A stretch of 64,000 nucleotides of DNA from Candidatus Binatia bacterium (GTDB lineage: Bacteria > Desulfobacterota > Binatia > Bin18): NCBI GenBank assembly GCA_963666315.2, contig CAXXHG010000036.1, forward strand, positions 64,001 through 128,000, written 5' to 3'. Positions 1 through 10,229 of the stretch are shown piece by piece. How positions within the stretch are numbered: position 1 is the stretch's first letter; every line of letters begins with the position of its first letter. The notes under the pieces are model-generated. The model made no database searches. It was not told the DNA's origin and saw only the letters and a list, made by a program, of their open reading frames with translations. The position numbers and the translations under genes are program-made.

Positions 1-570
1 AACGCCTTCTTCTTCAAACGCATCCAGCGTCTCTCGACCGAACGGGCCAAACTCATCGTTGTGACACAGAATGGAAATGCCCGTAGCCTTGTGGGCACGA
101 GCCGCAGCACGCAGACATGTTTCTTCGTGAACACCAATCGAGGTTGCCGTCTCGGTGAGGCCCGGAATGCCATCTGTCGCGGTTTTGATGAGTCCGGCCT
201 TAATGCCGGTGTTGCCTATCCCCTCGGTAATCTCGCGCACGTACACTTCGGCGATATCGTCGGCAGACAGACTCCGGAAATGAGGCGGAATCCCCAGTGC
301 CTCGTTGTACAGCCCGGTTGTAATAATCACATTTAAGCCGGATTTATCAGCGCATTCCGCCGCAAACTCGGGGTCGCGGCCAAGTTCCATCGGGCAGGGA
401 TCAACAAAGGATGACACACCCAGAGCTTTGATTTCTTTGAGTTTGACCACCGCACCGGCCAGCTCTTTTTCACGATCAAAACTCGTATTATCCCACTCAT
501 AACTAGGAAAACCTGCAGTCAGATGCTCGTGGACGAGAGTAAATCCCAGACCATCCGTAGTACAGGCTGT
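1..570 (-). pseudogene. Phosphotriesterase-family (PTE/PHP) metallohydrolase; 5' end missing, 3' part runs off the window
   Basis: Manual translation gives LGFTLVHEHL...VDPCPMELGRD...IITTGLY...GIKAGLIK...LRAAARAHKATG. No start codon lies between the HxH motif and an upstream TAG; a REP sits where the N-terminus should be. Confidence 0.8.
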
Positions 571-590
571 TGCAGCAAATCCAGCAGGCC

Positions 591-652
591 CGTAGGGCGG
601 ATTAGCCCAGAGTAATCCGCCACCACTGAGGGCTTCCCTATACAGCTACGAC
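591..652 (+). repeat. GTAG-type REP hairpin (empty-site copy)
   Basis: CGTAGGGCGGATTAGC-CCAGA-GTAATCCGCC stem-loop; related copies at 1557, 45198, 58551 and 58778. Confidence 0.8.
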
Positions 653-666
653 AGCGCGTACCTCCA

Positions 667-747
667 CTACTTTTGCGTCCGGTCTTCAACGAGCAGTTCT
701 GGAACACGACGGATGACGGTGAGATGATCCGTATCCAGGATGAACAT
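667..747 (-). pseudogene. VapC/PIN toxin N-terminal stub
   Basis: MFILDTDHLTVI begins 2 nt after the upstream antitoxin-like gene; PIN similarity stops after about 12 codons. Confidence 0.6.
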
Positions 748-749
748 TA

Positions 750-960
750 TCAGGTCCGAGGCTTGAGGGAGCGCCGATACTTTTGGCCGGCTTTAATAGT
801 CTCGTCAAAGAGCGGGTCGTTCTTAAACCTACCGGCGACGTGATCCCACCAGGGCTTCTGGGATGCCTTCTTCACTGACTGCAACTCGGTCTTCACCTTG
901 CGCAACTCGCGTTCCAAGCTGATTACCCGTTCTTCTAGTCCGGTCACTTGCAGGCTGCAT
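750..960 (-). CDS. Small antitoxin-like protein, with an apparent +1 indel near the 5' end
   Basis: LEERVISLERE coiled coil plus PWWDHVAGRFKNDPLFDE motif. The GGAGG-6nt-ATG at 960 is one base out of frame with the body. Confidence 0.6.
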
Positions 961-1556
961 ATTCGGCCTCCGTACGGAAAAGAGCATGCCGCGAACAGCG
1001 AAGAAGGGAAAGATGCGACGCCGCGCGCATCTTTTTTCTCAACCGCCGCCAGCACCTCTGCAGCATCCAGGAACAATTCCTCCCATTTCGCGTAGTCAGA
1101 CGTGAGGATCAAATGCAGAAGTACCCTTTCGTGTGAAACGCTCAAAACAGCGCGCGGAGCCTCCCTTTTCCCCGTTTGGACAGCGAAAAGACAATATTCC
1201 GGTCAAAACCCGAACGAAACGCGACTTTTCTTGTACGCGACCAGACAACGCAGTCCTGCAAAATCAATACGTTGGCGCGGCCGCCGTGAAACGTTTTTGC
1301 ACAGCCAGAAAAAGTAATGATAGATTTTTAATGTTATTAGTTATATATCTATACGTCTAGTAGCTGGACTAGTGAAATATAGAGTATAGTGTAGAAAAAA
1401 TTCCCGCTCACAAGAGAAACATCTTCTGCCCGTAAATTTGGGGCTCTGTGGGCGGGGACACGCGCGGTGCAGATGCCCTTCCTCCTCTGTATCGAGTGCG
1501 CGCAAGACGCGCACTTAACCCACTACCCACGTGCCCACCGCGCCAATCTGAGCTCC

Positions 1557-1777
1557 CGCAGGTCGAATTAGCACGGCGTAATTCGACAACACTAAGAGGC
1601 TATCCGAATAACGGTTTCACGGTGTCGTGTTGAGCCCTTCGACTACGCTCAGGATAAACTCCGCGAAACATCTCAACCCACGACCAGGGGAAAGATTCTT
1701 CGCTGCGCTCAGAATGACAGAACCGGGCTCCTATCGTTATTCGGATAGGCACTGAGGGCTTCCCCGTACACCTACGC
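1557..1777 (+). repeat. GTAG-type REP copy interrupted by a MITE
   Basis: 1557-1595 and 1753-1777 align with 591-652. Confidence 0.8.
1596..1752. mobile_element. MITE with 17-bp TIRs (IS5/IS1031-like, TNA target)
   Basis: TIRs GAGGCTATCCGAATAAC and GTTATTCGGATAGGCAC (15/17), flanked by TAA and TGA; internal CCCTTCGAC..CTCAGG and AGATTCTTCGCTGCGCTCAGAATGAC hairpin repeats. Confidence 0.75.
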
Positions 1778-2818
1778 CTACCCTGCGGCAGGTTGCCACG
1801 TCTCCCGAATAATCCGGAGCGCTTCGTCTATGTCCTCGTGCAATATGCCGTAGTGGGTCACGGCGCGCAGACGCCCGCCGCCGATATCACCAATCTTGAC
1901 CCCAACCTGTGCCAGCACTTCGGCAAACGAGCTACCATTTTCATGCGGGGTGGATACACGGAAAATGACGAGATTAGTTTGTACGGTCTCAAGATCAATC
2001 GAGACTTTTGGTATTGCGGCTAGCCCTTCGGCCAGTCGTTGTGCGGTTGCGTGGTCCTCAGCTAAGCGCTCAACCATTTCATTCAGCGCAACAATCCCAG
2101 CCGCAGCAATAATCCCGGCCTGGCGCATCCCGCCACCAACCATTTTACGATAATGCCGGGCTCGCACTACGAAGCGCTTGCTGCCACAGACCACGGAACC
2201 TATGGGCGCAGACAGTCCCTTGGACAGACAAAACTGCACCGTATCAACCGGTTGTGTTAATTCGCGTACGTCACATCCCAAGGCAACTGCGGCGTTGAAA
2301 ATGCGCGATCCGTCCAGGTGGACGGGAATGCCGGCTTTATCGGCCACTGCACGAACAGATTGCAAATAGTCTGGTTTGAGAATCGTGCCACCACAACGGT
2401 TATGCGTATTCTCCAGACAAATGATTCCAGGCGGTGCGTAGTGGACGTCGGGTGGATGCAGGGCGTGGTCTAAATCAGATATGTCCAATTCGCCCAAACG
2501 GCCAGTCGGAACGGTGTGAAAAGCAATGCCACCAAGGGCGGATGCACCACCGGCCTCATAGTTGAAGATATGGCACTCGTCGCCAAGAATGGCTTCCTGT
2601 CCTCGACTACAGTGGGCAAGCAACGCAACCAGATTGCCCATTGTTCCACTGCTGACCAGCAGCGCAGCCTCTTTACCCACCTTTTCTGCGGCACATTCTT
2701 CTAAGCGGTTGACGGTCGGATCTTCACCCATGACATCATCACCGAGTTCAGCCTTGGCGACAGCTTCGCGCATGGCCGGACTCGGCAATGTCACGGTGTC
2801 GCTACGTAGGTCTATCAT
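1778..2818 (-). CDS. ltaE: Low-specificity L-threonine aldolase (PLP)
   Basis: MIDLRSDTVT start with AAGGAG RBS; SGTMGN, LENTHN, HLDGSR and CLSKGL motifs. Confidence 0.95.
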   Translation of the reverse strand: MIDLRSDTVTLPSPAMREAVAKAELGDDVMGEDPTVNRLEECAAEKVGKEAALLVSSGTMGNLVALLAHCSRGQEAILGDECHIFNYEAGGASALGGIAFHTVPTGRLGELDISDLDHALHPPDVHYAPPGIICLENTHNRCGGTILKPDYLQSVRAVADKAGIPVHLDGSRIFNAAVALGCDVRELTQPVDTVQFCLSKGLSAPIGSVVCGSKRFVVRARHYRKMVGGGMRQAGIIAAAGIVALNEMVERLAEDHATAQRLAEGLAAIPKVSIDLETVQTNLVIFRVSTPHENGSSFAEVLAQVGVKIGDIGGGRLRAVTHYGILHEDIDEALRIIRETWQPAAG

Positions 2819-2875
2819 CGGAGTTAACTCCTTCGTACGCACAGCGCACGCTACTGCTGTGTTGACCTCGTTCCC

Positions 2876-2978
2876 CCCTTCGACTCTGCTCAGGACAAGC
2901 TTCGACAAGCTCAGGGCGAACGGAACAAGGGGCGGTACACAAGAACCGTTCGTGCTGAACCCCGTCGAAGCATGAACG
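2876..2978. repeat. Palindromic intergenic repeat (CCCTTCGACAAGCTCAGG family)
   Basis: CTTCGACAAGCTCAGGGCGAACGG ... CCGTTCGTGCTGAACCCCGTCGAAG; sister copy at 43485-43568. Confidence 0.8.
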
Positions 2979-3046
2979 CGCGGGCATGCACCCTCTTCTA
3001 GGCACACTGCTCCCTAAACCCCAGCCCCTAGACCCCCATTATTTGT

Positions 3047-3460
3047 TTACCGGCCTCGTAACCATTCGGTCTCTCGGCGTTCGCGTTTGGTGGGGCGCCC
3101 CTGCCCCCGTAGTCGTGATGACGGTTGTTCAAAAAAATCAAACCGTTCTTCACGTGGCGGCGGAGGCGGGGAATCGTCTTCGTACAACAACTGAGCCTCA
3201 ACGGCCGGGCCACGCTTTTCTGACACAGCAAGAACTTTCAGCTTCTTTGGTCCGTGCGGGTGCATAAACTCTAGCGTATCATTCACTCGGACCAACTTAT
3301 GCGGCTTCGCCTTATGTCCGTTGATTGCAACCTTCCCGCCATCACAGACCTCGGCAGCCAAGGAGCGGCTTTTATAAAACCGCGCTGCCCACAGCCAACG
3401 GTCCGCCCGCACGGCCGGGTCGCTTATAATGTCCGCTGCCTTCTTTCGTTTCGCCTTCAT
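3047..3460 (-). CDS. hslR: S4-domain ribosome-associated heat shock protein Hsp15
   Basis: RADRWLWAARFYKSRSLA, KRGPA and GRPTKRERR motifs. Confidence 0.9.
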   Translation of the reverse strand: MKAKRKKAADIISDPAVRADRWLWAARFYKSRSLAAEVCDGGKVAINGHKAKPHKLVRVNDTLEFMHPHGPKKLKVLAVSEKRGPAVEAQLLYEDDSPPPPPREERFDFFEQPSSRLRGQGRPTKRERRETEWLRGR

Positions 3461-3660
3461 ACCGATTCATCGCACTCGTAGGGCGAGTCTTGCGTCCCTA
3501 TCTGGTCGCCCGGGGAGAGGACGGGCAGCCACGCAGGGTTACCCCGACATTGCCTCTCCCTCTCAAACCACACGCCAGCATCGCATTTACACCCTTATCA
3601 TAATTACTATCAATAGTGGTCGGGTAAAGAATCACAGCTGAGTGCGGATACGAAAGCGGA

Positions 3661-4485
3661 CTAATGTTCGTCAGCAAGAGTCTGAGAGGGCCTGGACGGG
3701 AGAGCATCTATCTCTTCTTTTACGGCCACTCCGCTGAGTTCTCCTCTCCTCAATTGTTCTGCCAACTGTAGAATACGCTCCGCAGCTGTCTCAGGGGCCA
3801 CACCACGCGCATGAATGTTCGAAATCAAATTTCGCTCTGCATCAGTGTGACGGTGTCTTGGACGATACGCCATATAGGCCGATAGGCTGTCTGCCGTGGC
3901 GAGGCCGGGCCGTTCGCCGATCAACAACACGACCACCAGGGGGTCAAGCAATTCTCCGAGGTCGTTCAGCACGCCGACTCTGCAGTAGCGAATGAAGAAG
4001 GGTAGACCGAAACGCCAGCCTCGTTTCTCCGTACCTTGGGCTAGGAGCGGCAGTAATCGCGGGACCTGTTTGACGACTGCGGCAGCCGACAGCCCGTCTC
4101 CGATGACAACCTGGAGGTCGACGCTCGGCGGGCATAGGTCCCTCAGCGAGGCTTTCGTCTTGGCAGACAACAGTCGGCCAAGGTCCGGTCGCATGAGGTA
4201 TTCGGCTTTGCTTCGCGCCTGGCTAGTGACTTCAAATATCCGCCATTCGGCGAGAAAGTCAGACTCAAAATCACGCTCTAAGTTAATTTCGGAATGGACG
4301 GCGTCTCGGGCTGCTGCGTGGTCGAGACGTAAGGCTAGCTGGGTCTGAGTCCGATACGCCGGACCGGATCGACCCACAAAAATGCGTGCAGATGTGCGAG
4401 CACGGATGGCGACCAACGGATCATCCGTCTCGGCAGGCTGAGCAGTTGTGACAGGGCAGTTGGATTTAGTCGGAGTCGACATCAC
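3661..4485 (-). CDS. eutC: Ethanolamine ammonia-lyase small subunit
   Basis: HAAARDAV, YLMRPDLGR, VIGDGLS, LIGERPGL and RNLISNIH motifs. Confidence 0.95.
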   Translation of the reverse strand: MMSTPTKSNCPVTTAQPAETDDPLVAIRARTSARIFVGRSGPAYRTQTQLALRLDHAAARDAVHSEINLERDFESDFLAEWRIFEVTSQARSKAEYLMRPDLGRLLSAKTKASLRDLCPPSVDLQVVIGDGLSAAAVVKQVPRLLPLLAQGTEKRGWRFGLPFFIRYCRVGVLNDLGELLDPLVVVLLIGERPGLATADSLSAYMAYRPRHRHTDAERNLISNIHARGVAPETAAERILQLAEQLRRGELSGVAVKEEIDALPSRPSQTLADEH

Positions 4486-4559
4486 ATTATCTCTTGAGCA
4501 GCATCGTAGCCTGGAATGTAATGGAATCCGGGAGTCCCTGGACTTCGCAGGGCTACAGG

Positions 4560-5975
4560 CTACACAACTCCCGCCCCTTCAATCATCCTGACCCCGTCTT
4601 CCAACTTCTTCCGAGCCTGTCCATTGGATGGAACAAGCGCCCCATTCCGAAAGATATCCATCTGCTCCAGCCATTCCAAAAACTCAGGCGCAGGCTGTAA
4701 ACCAAAAAGTTGCCGCGCCCCCAGTGCGTCGTGGAAGCTGGTCGACTGATAACTCAGCATGACGTCATCAGCACACGGCACGCCCATAAAATAATTGCAG
4801 CCGGCTGCGGTGAGCAGCAACAACAAATTGTCCGCAGAGTTCTGATCGGCCTGGGCGTGGTTGGTGTAACACACGTCACAACCCATGGGCAGACCTAACA
4901 GCTTGCCCATGAAATGGTCTTCCAACCCAGCCCGGATGATCTGACACTCATCGTACAAATATTCGGGGCCAATAAAGCCGACGACAGTATTGACGAGAAA
5001 AGGATCAAACGCACGTGCAACACCATAGGCGCGCGCTTCCAGCGTGAGCTGGTCTACGCCGTGATGCGCATGGGCCGACAACGCACTGCCCTGCCCGGTC
5101 TCAAAATACATCACATTATCCCCCACCCAGTTCACATCTCGATTCTGGTGCTGCTCCAGCACCCGCTCGCGGCCTTCGTCCAAGATTCTCAGATTGACCC
5201 CAAAGCTCGCATTTGCGGCTTGTGTCCCGGCAATGGACTGAAACAGCAAGTCGACCGGCGCACCAGACTCCAAACTGTCTAGCTGAGTACTGATATGAGC
5301 GAGGCAGCACGACTGGGTAGGAATAGCATAGACGTCGATCAAACGGTTGAGACCGTACAGAATTCGGCTGACGGTTTCTACTGACTCCGTAGCCGGGTTC
5401 ACCCCGAGCACGGCATCGCCACAACCAAATAATAAACCATCGATTGCCGATAATAAAATTCCGCCGAGATCATCAGCCGGGTGGTTGGGTTGGAGCCGAA
5501 TACCCAGCACGCCGCGCTGGCCCATCGTATTGCGACAGCGCGTTACTGTGCGGATCTTACTTGCAGCAAGCACTAAGTCTTTATTGCTCATCAGCTTGGC
5601 AACGGCGGCCGCGACTTCGGGCGTAATAGCGCGGTGTAGTGTGCCGAGAGTGTCGCCGTCCTGGGCCTCGTCAAGCAGGTACTCGCGAAACTCACCAACC
5701 GTCAGGCCTGCAATCGGACGGAACCCCTCTTGGTCATGGGTATCAAGAGTCAGCCGACTGACTTCATCTTGACCCGGATCAATCAACGGGTTGTCTATAA
5801 TTTCCGAGAGGCAGACGTCTGCGAGTACGTATTTTGCAGCAATGCGCTCCTGTTCAGACGCCGCGGCAATGCCGGCCAGTTGATCGCCCGACTTCTCTTC
5901 ATTCGCCTTGGCAAACACTACACTGAGGGTGTCAAAAGCAAAGCGTTCGGCGCGGACGGTTGTGGCGTACGCCAT
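4560..5975 (-). CDS. eutB: Ethanolamine ammonia-lyase large subunit (AdoCbl-dependent)
   Basis: RLQPNHPADD, GDAVLGVNP, YFETGQGS, NTVVGFIGPEY and DVCYTNH motifs. Confidence 0.97.
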   Translation of the reverse strand: MAYATTVRAERFAFDTLSVVFAKANEEKSGDQLAGIAAASEQERIAAKYVLADVCLSEIIDNPLIDPGQDEVSRLTLDTHDQEGFRPIAGLTVGEFREYLLDEAQDGDTLGTLHRAITPEVAAAVAKLMSNKDLVLAASKIRTVTRCRNTMGQRGVLGIRLQPNHPADDLGGILLSAIDGLLFGCGDAVLGVNPATESVETVSRILYGLNRLIDVYAIPTQSCCLAHISTQLDSLESGAPVDLLFQSIAGTQAANASFGVNLRILDEGRERVLEQHQNRDVNWVGDNVMYFETGQGSALSAHAHHGVDQLTLEARAYGVARAFDPFLVNTVVGFIGPEYLYDECQIIRAGLEDHFMGKLLGLPMGCDVCYTNHAQADQNSADNLLLLLTAAGCNYFMGVPCADDVMLSYQSTSFHDALGARQLFGLQPAPEFLEWLEQMDIFRNGALVPSNGQARKKLEDGVRMIEGAGVV

Positions 5976-5979
5976 GGAT

Positions 5980-8241
5980 TTACTCCAAACGCAGCGTTCG
6001 CAATCGAAGTGAATTCGTCACTACGGACACCGAACTCAACGCCATTGCCAGCGCGGCAAACATGGGATCAAGCAAGATGGAAAAGACCGGATACAACACT
6101 CCCGCAGCCAGAGGAATGCCTGCCGTATTATACGCGAACGCCCAGAATAGATTCTGACGGATGATCTGCATGGTCCTACGTGACAAGACAATGGCGGTGC
6201 TCACACCGCTCAGGTCACCGCGCAGCAAGGTAATATCGGCCGCTTCGATTGCCACGTCGGTCCCCGTCCCAAGCGCGATACCGACATCGGCTTGCGCCAG
6301 CGCAGGCGCATCATTGATGCCATCACCGACCATACCCACACTGGCTCCAGCCTGTTGTAAGCGGATGACCTCGGCAGCTTTATCTTCCGGCAAGACTTCT
6401 GCCAAGATGTCTGAGATACCCGCCTGCTGGGCAATAGCGTGCGCCGTATGTTGATTGTCGCCCGTCAGCATGACAACTTTGAGGCCCAGGCGGCGAAGAT
6501 ATCGCACTTCTTGCGCCGCCTGAGGCTTGAGTACATCAGCAACGGCAATCAGCCCGACAACACTCCGGTCAACCACGACATACAGCGGTGTCTTGCCCGC
6601 GCGGGCAATTGTCTCAGACTGGACTTCCAGGCCCTTCGGCCGGACGCCGCGCTTCGCCAACAGTCGTTGACTCCCGATCACAACCGCTTTGCCTGCCAGC
6701 CGGGCTTCGACGCCGTGCCCGGCAAGGGCTGAGAACGCCGCAGCGGGCGTCAGTCTCAGCCCTCGGTCTTGGGCATGTTGCACGATAGCCTGTCCCAACG
6801 GATGCTCACTATGCCATTCCACACTGGCGGCTAAACGCAGGAGTTCTTCTTCGCTAAGACGCGCGCGCTCAGCCACCACCTCAGAGCAAATGATATCAGT
6901 GACGGCAGGCTTACCGGTCGTGAGCGTCCCGGTTTTGTCAAACACGATAGTGGTCAGCCTATGTGCACGCTCTAATATCTCACCGCCTTTAATCAACACA
7001 CCCTGCTCGGCACCGCGGCCAGTCCCCGCCATAATGGCCGTGGGGGTTGCCAGCCCCAGCGAACACGGACAGGCAATGATCAGTACGGCCACAAAATTCA
7101 TGAGCGCAAAGTTGAGACCAGGTTCCGGCCCGATAACAAACCAGACACCGAAGGTCAGGAGCGCAGTCACAATCACAACCGGCACAAAATATGAGGCTAT
7201 GGTATCGGCCAAACGCTGAATCGGCGCCTTCGACCCCTGTGCTTGGCGGACCAAATTGACAATTCTTGCCAGAGCCGTGTCCGTGCCAACTTTAGTCGCT
7301 TGAAAGGTGAATGCACCGGTTGTGTTGAGGGTTGCCCCAGTAACTGGGTCACCCGTCTGCTTGTCAACCGGCAGGCTTTCCCCCGTCAGCATGGATTCAT
7401 CCACACTCGACCTGCCACTGAGCACAACGCCGTCTACGGAAATCTGTTCACCCGGTCGAACGACAACCACGTCTCCAACCTGGACCTGATCAATCGGCAG
7501 CGTGACTTCCTTGTCCTGTCTGAGCAGTCTTGCCGTCTTGGGTTGCAGCTGAAGCAGGTGGCGAATGGCTGCAGTCGTTCGCCCTTTTGCCCGAGCTTCC
7601 AGCACCCGACCGAGCAGAATCAGGGTGATGATCACGGCCGCAGTATCAAAATAGACTAGCGGCTGTTGCCCCGTCAAAACAAAAAAGCCGGGCGCGAACA
7701 CGGCCACCGCACTGTACAGGAACGCAGCAGAGGTCCCCACCACGATCAGGGTATTCATATCGCTGGAGCCGTGGCGGGCCATTGCCCAGGCGCTGCGATA
7801 GAATTGTGCGCCTACCCAGAACTGCACCGGAATTGTCAGGACCAGCAACCAAAAATGAGCGCCTAGTGGCAGGCCAGACAGCAGGGTGGTCATTGATCCA
7901 AGCAGGATCAATGCAGTCAAGACTACGCTGACTGCAAATTTATTTTTGAGGATCTGATAGTCGCTCTGATTGCGGTCTTCTATCTCTTCAACTGTCTCGT
8001 GTCGCTCGACCACCTCAAACCCGGTCGCGGCAATCGCCTTGCCAAGCTCAAGGAGATCGGCTTGACCAGGCTCGTATTCAACCAGTGCTTCTGCGCTGGC
8101 CAGGTTCACACTCGCCCGCAGTACGCCAGGCGTTTGCACCAGCGCCTGCTCGACCTTGGCCACACACGAAGCACAGTGCATGCCCCGAATGCCAATGAGG
8201 GCAGAAGTAAGATCCCGAGTCGTTTCAGCCGCCCGCATCAC
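5980..8241 (-). CDS. copA: Cu(I)-translocating P1B-1 ATPase
   Basis: GMHCASC metal-binding domain; TGES, CPC, DKTGT, SEHP, GDGIND, YN and MALSS motifs. Confidence 0.95.
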   Translation of the reverse strand: MMRAAETTRDLTSALIGIRGMHCASCVAKVEQALVQTPGVLRASVNLASAEALVEYEPGQADLLELGKAIAATGFEVVERHETVEEIEDRNQSDYQILKNKFAVSVVLTALILLGSMTTLLSGLPLGAHFWLLVLTIPVQFWVGAQFYRSAWAMARHGSSDMNTLIVVGTSAAFLYSAVAVFAPGFFVLTGQQPLVYFDTAAVIITLILLGRVLEARAKGRTTAAIRHLLQLQPKTARLLRQDKEVTLPIDQVQVGDVVVVRPGEQISVDGVVLSGRSSVDESMLTGESLPVDKQTGDPVTGATLNTTGAFTFQATKVGTDTALARIVNLVRQAQGSKAPIQRLADTIASYFVPVVIVTALLTFGVWFVIGPEPGLNFALMNFVAVLIIACPCSLGLATPTAIMAGTGRGAEQGVLIKGGEILERAHRLTTIVFDKTGTLTTGKPAVTDIICSEVVAERARLSEEELLRLAASVEWHSEHPLGQAIVQHAQDRGLRLTPAAAFSALAGHGVEARLAGKAVVIGSQRLLAKRGVRPKGLEVQSETIARAGKTPLYVVVDRSVVGLIAVADVLKPQAAQEVRYLRRLGLKVVMLTGDNQHTAHAIAQQAGISDILAEVLPEDKAAEVIRLQQAGASVGMVGDGINDAPALAQADVGIALGTGTDVAIEAADITLLRGDLSGVSTAIVLSRRTMQIIRQNLFWAFAYNTAGIPLAAGVLYPVFSILLDPMFAALAMALSSVSVVTNSLRLRTLRLE

Positions 8242-8657
8242 TCTCCCTCCAGTGCCTGAAGAATAGGACAGCCGTCGATGGACCCCTTGCCGTCACACAG
8301 GGCAGTCACCTGCGCCAAGGCGTCTCGCATTTCCGTCAGGCGCTCGATCTTCTCCTCAATATCCGCCAGCTTTGCCTCAGCCCGCGCTTTCACCGCTGCA
8401 CGACTGGTTTTAGGGTTATTTCGGAGGAAGAGTATGGCGGTGATTTCATTCAGGGAAAAGCCCAATCCTTGCGCGCGTTTGATAAAACGAGTCTGTCGAA
8501 CAGCCGTCGCGGGATAGCGACGATAGTTTGTCCCACTGCGCGGCGGGATCGGGAGAATGCCGCGCCGCTCGTAATAGCGCAGCGTTTCCACATTGACCTC
8601 AGCCTGCTTCGCAACTTCGCCTATAGTTAATCCATTCATGCTACTTATGCCGCTCAT
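8238..8657 (-). CDS. MerR-family heavy-metal regulator
   Basis: [18 protein letters not shown] and C-terminal [13 protein letters not shown] loop; overlaps the copA start by 4 nt. Confidence 0.92.
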   Translation of the reverse strand: MSGISSMNGLTIGEVAKQAEVNVETLRYYERRGILPIPPRSGTNYRRYPATAVRQTRFIKRAQGLGFSLNEITAILFLRNNPKTSRAAVKARAEAKLADIEEKIERLTEMRDALAQVTALCDGKGSIDGCPILQALEGE

Positions 8658-8677
8658 GCTTGACTCCTCTATAAGCG

Positions 8678-8709
8678 AGTATACACCCTGTAGCTAGGTA
8701 CGGAGTCAA
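8678..8709 (-). promoter_or_regulatory. MerR-type promoter with 20-bp spacer and dyad operator
   Basis: TTGACT-N20-TATACT; dyad ACTCCGTACCT/AGCTACAGGGT (8/11 symmetric). Confidence 0.85.
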
Positions 8710-8786
8710 GTAGAATTCAAATATTTTGCTCTGGACGTAAGAGGCATGAGTATGGCAGAACAAATATGAGGAGTGTTTCTAGCATT

Positions 8787-8963
8787 ATGCGTCAAGTCAA
8801 AGTCATTGTTGAAAAGAATTCGGACGGATACATCGCGTATCCACTCGGTGTCAAAGGAGTCGTTGTTGGACAAGGAGACAGCTATGAAGAAGCCCTAGCA
8901 GATGTCAAATCAGCGATACAGTTTCATATTGAAAGTTTTGGTAGCGAAATCCTGACGGAATAG
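8787..8963 (+). CDS. HicB-family (UPF0150) antitoxin-like protein; no hicA adjacent
   Basis: VIVEK.SDGYIAYP.G..GVVVGQGDSYEEALADVKSAI pattern. Confidence 0.8.
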   Translation: MRQVKVIVEKNSDGYIAYPLGVKGVVVGQGDSYEEALADVKSAIQFHIESFGSEILTE

Positions 8964-9038
8964 ATGTACGCAGGCGACAATGAGAAGAATTTCTGTCTGC
9001 ATATGAGAGGTCTTAAAGATCAATAGGAGGAAAATAGC

Positions 9039-10214
9039 ATGGATGCGAAGTCCGGCGCCCGCGAACGCTTTGCGCAATCGCAACAGGACCTTATAACACT
9101 CAGTCATCGTATCCACGCCCGTCCCGAGTTAGGCTTTGAGGAAGAAAAAGCCGCTGCCTGGATTTCAGAAGCACTCACTGACGCGGGTTTCAGTGTTGAG
9201 ACCGGCATCTGCGATATGCCCACCGCTTTTGTGGCGCGCGCGGGCAGCGGCCCGCTGCACATTGGCATCTGTGCGGAATATGACTGTTTGCCCGGCATTG
9301 GGCATGCCTGCGGCCATAATATTATTGCCGCAGCTGCGGTTGGGGCGGGGATTGCTGCGGCCAAGGTGGCAGACGAAGTCGGACTGACGGTGAGCGTTCT
9401 GGGCACACCGGCGGAAGAAACTGGGGATGCGGGCGGCAAGATTCTCCTCTTAGAACGAGGCGCCTTCACAGATGTGCATGCCGCGATGATGGTACATCCT
9501 GCTCCCATGGATGTCGTTGATCCGTCTATTATCGCCTGTTCCACATTTCATGTGCAGTACACCGGCAAAGAAGCCCATGCCTCAGCTTTTCCTGAACGCG
9601 GCATCAACGCAGCCGACGCCTTCACTGTTGCCCAAACTGCCATTGGCCTCCTGCGTCAACACATTCGCCCAACTGACCGCATTCACGGCATTATTACTAA
9701 CGGTGGGGACGCACCAAATGTCATCCCCGCCCATACCGAAGCCACCTACATAGTCCGAGCCAAAACATTAGACGATTTGGATGAGATTAAAGAGAAGGTC
9801 CAGCGCTGTTTTGAGGCCGGCGCGCTGGCGACAGGCTCAAAACTCAAAATCGTCGGTGGCCATAAACCCTACGCTGAGCATCGTACGGATCAAGATATGG
9901 CGGCTATCTATCAACGCAACTCAGAAGCGCTCGGGCGTAGCTTCCCTGAGCGTGGCCCAGCTATCGAACGTGTCGCCGGCTCAACCGACATGGGTAATGT
10001 GTCCCTCGCCCTGCCCTCACTCCATCCGTTTATCGGCATCGACTCCTTGCCGGCCGTTAATCATCAGCCCGAGTTCACCGCCCACTGTACTACTGAAGCC
10101 GCCGACAAAGCCCTCATCGATGGAGCGCTGTCTATGGCTTGGACGGTGATTGATATGGCAACGGATACGAAGATTCGTGAGCGGTTAATACATAGGCAGA
10201 CACACGCCATATAA
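9039..10214 (+). CDS. M20D amidohydrolase, copy 1
   Basis: PELGFEE, EYDCLPGIGHACGHN, GTPAEE, GKEAHA, GSTDMGNVS. Confidence 0.93.
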   Translation: MDAKSGARERFAQSQQDLITLSHRIHARPELGFEEEKAAAWISEALTDAGFSVETGICDMPTAFVARAGSGPLHIGICAEYDCLPGIGHACGHNIIAAAAVGAGIAAAKVADEVGLTVSVLGTPAEETGDAGGKILLLERGAFTDVHAAMMVHPAPMDVVDPSIIACSTFHVQYTGKEAHASAFPERGINAADAFTVAQTAIGLLRQHIRPTDRIHGIITNGGDAPNVIPAHTEATYIVRAKTLDDLDEIKEKVQRCFEAGALATGSKLKIVGGHKPYAEHRTDQDMAAIYQRNSEALGRSFPERGPAIERVAGSTDMGNVSLALPSLHPFIGIDSLPAVNHQPEFTAHCTTEAADKALIDGALSMAWTVIDMATDTKIRERLIHRQTHAI

Positions 10215-10229
10215 AGAATAGGGGCTCTC

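Noticed and set aside
1146-1440. AT-rich non-coding stretch with an IHF-like site (1262-1274) as a replication origin
   Set aside because: No DnaA boxes or iterons and no replication genes nearby
4486-5990. Cobalamin riboswitch or EutV antiterminator for eutBC
   Set aside because: No intergenic room upstream of eutB and no recognisable motif
8659-8710. Inverted repeat CTTGACTCC...GGAGTCAAG as an RBS-sequestering hairpin
   Set aside because: One arm is the -35 element and is not transcribed from this promoter
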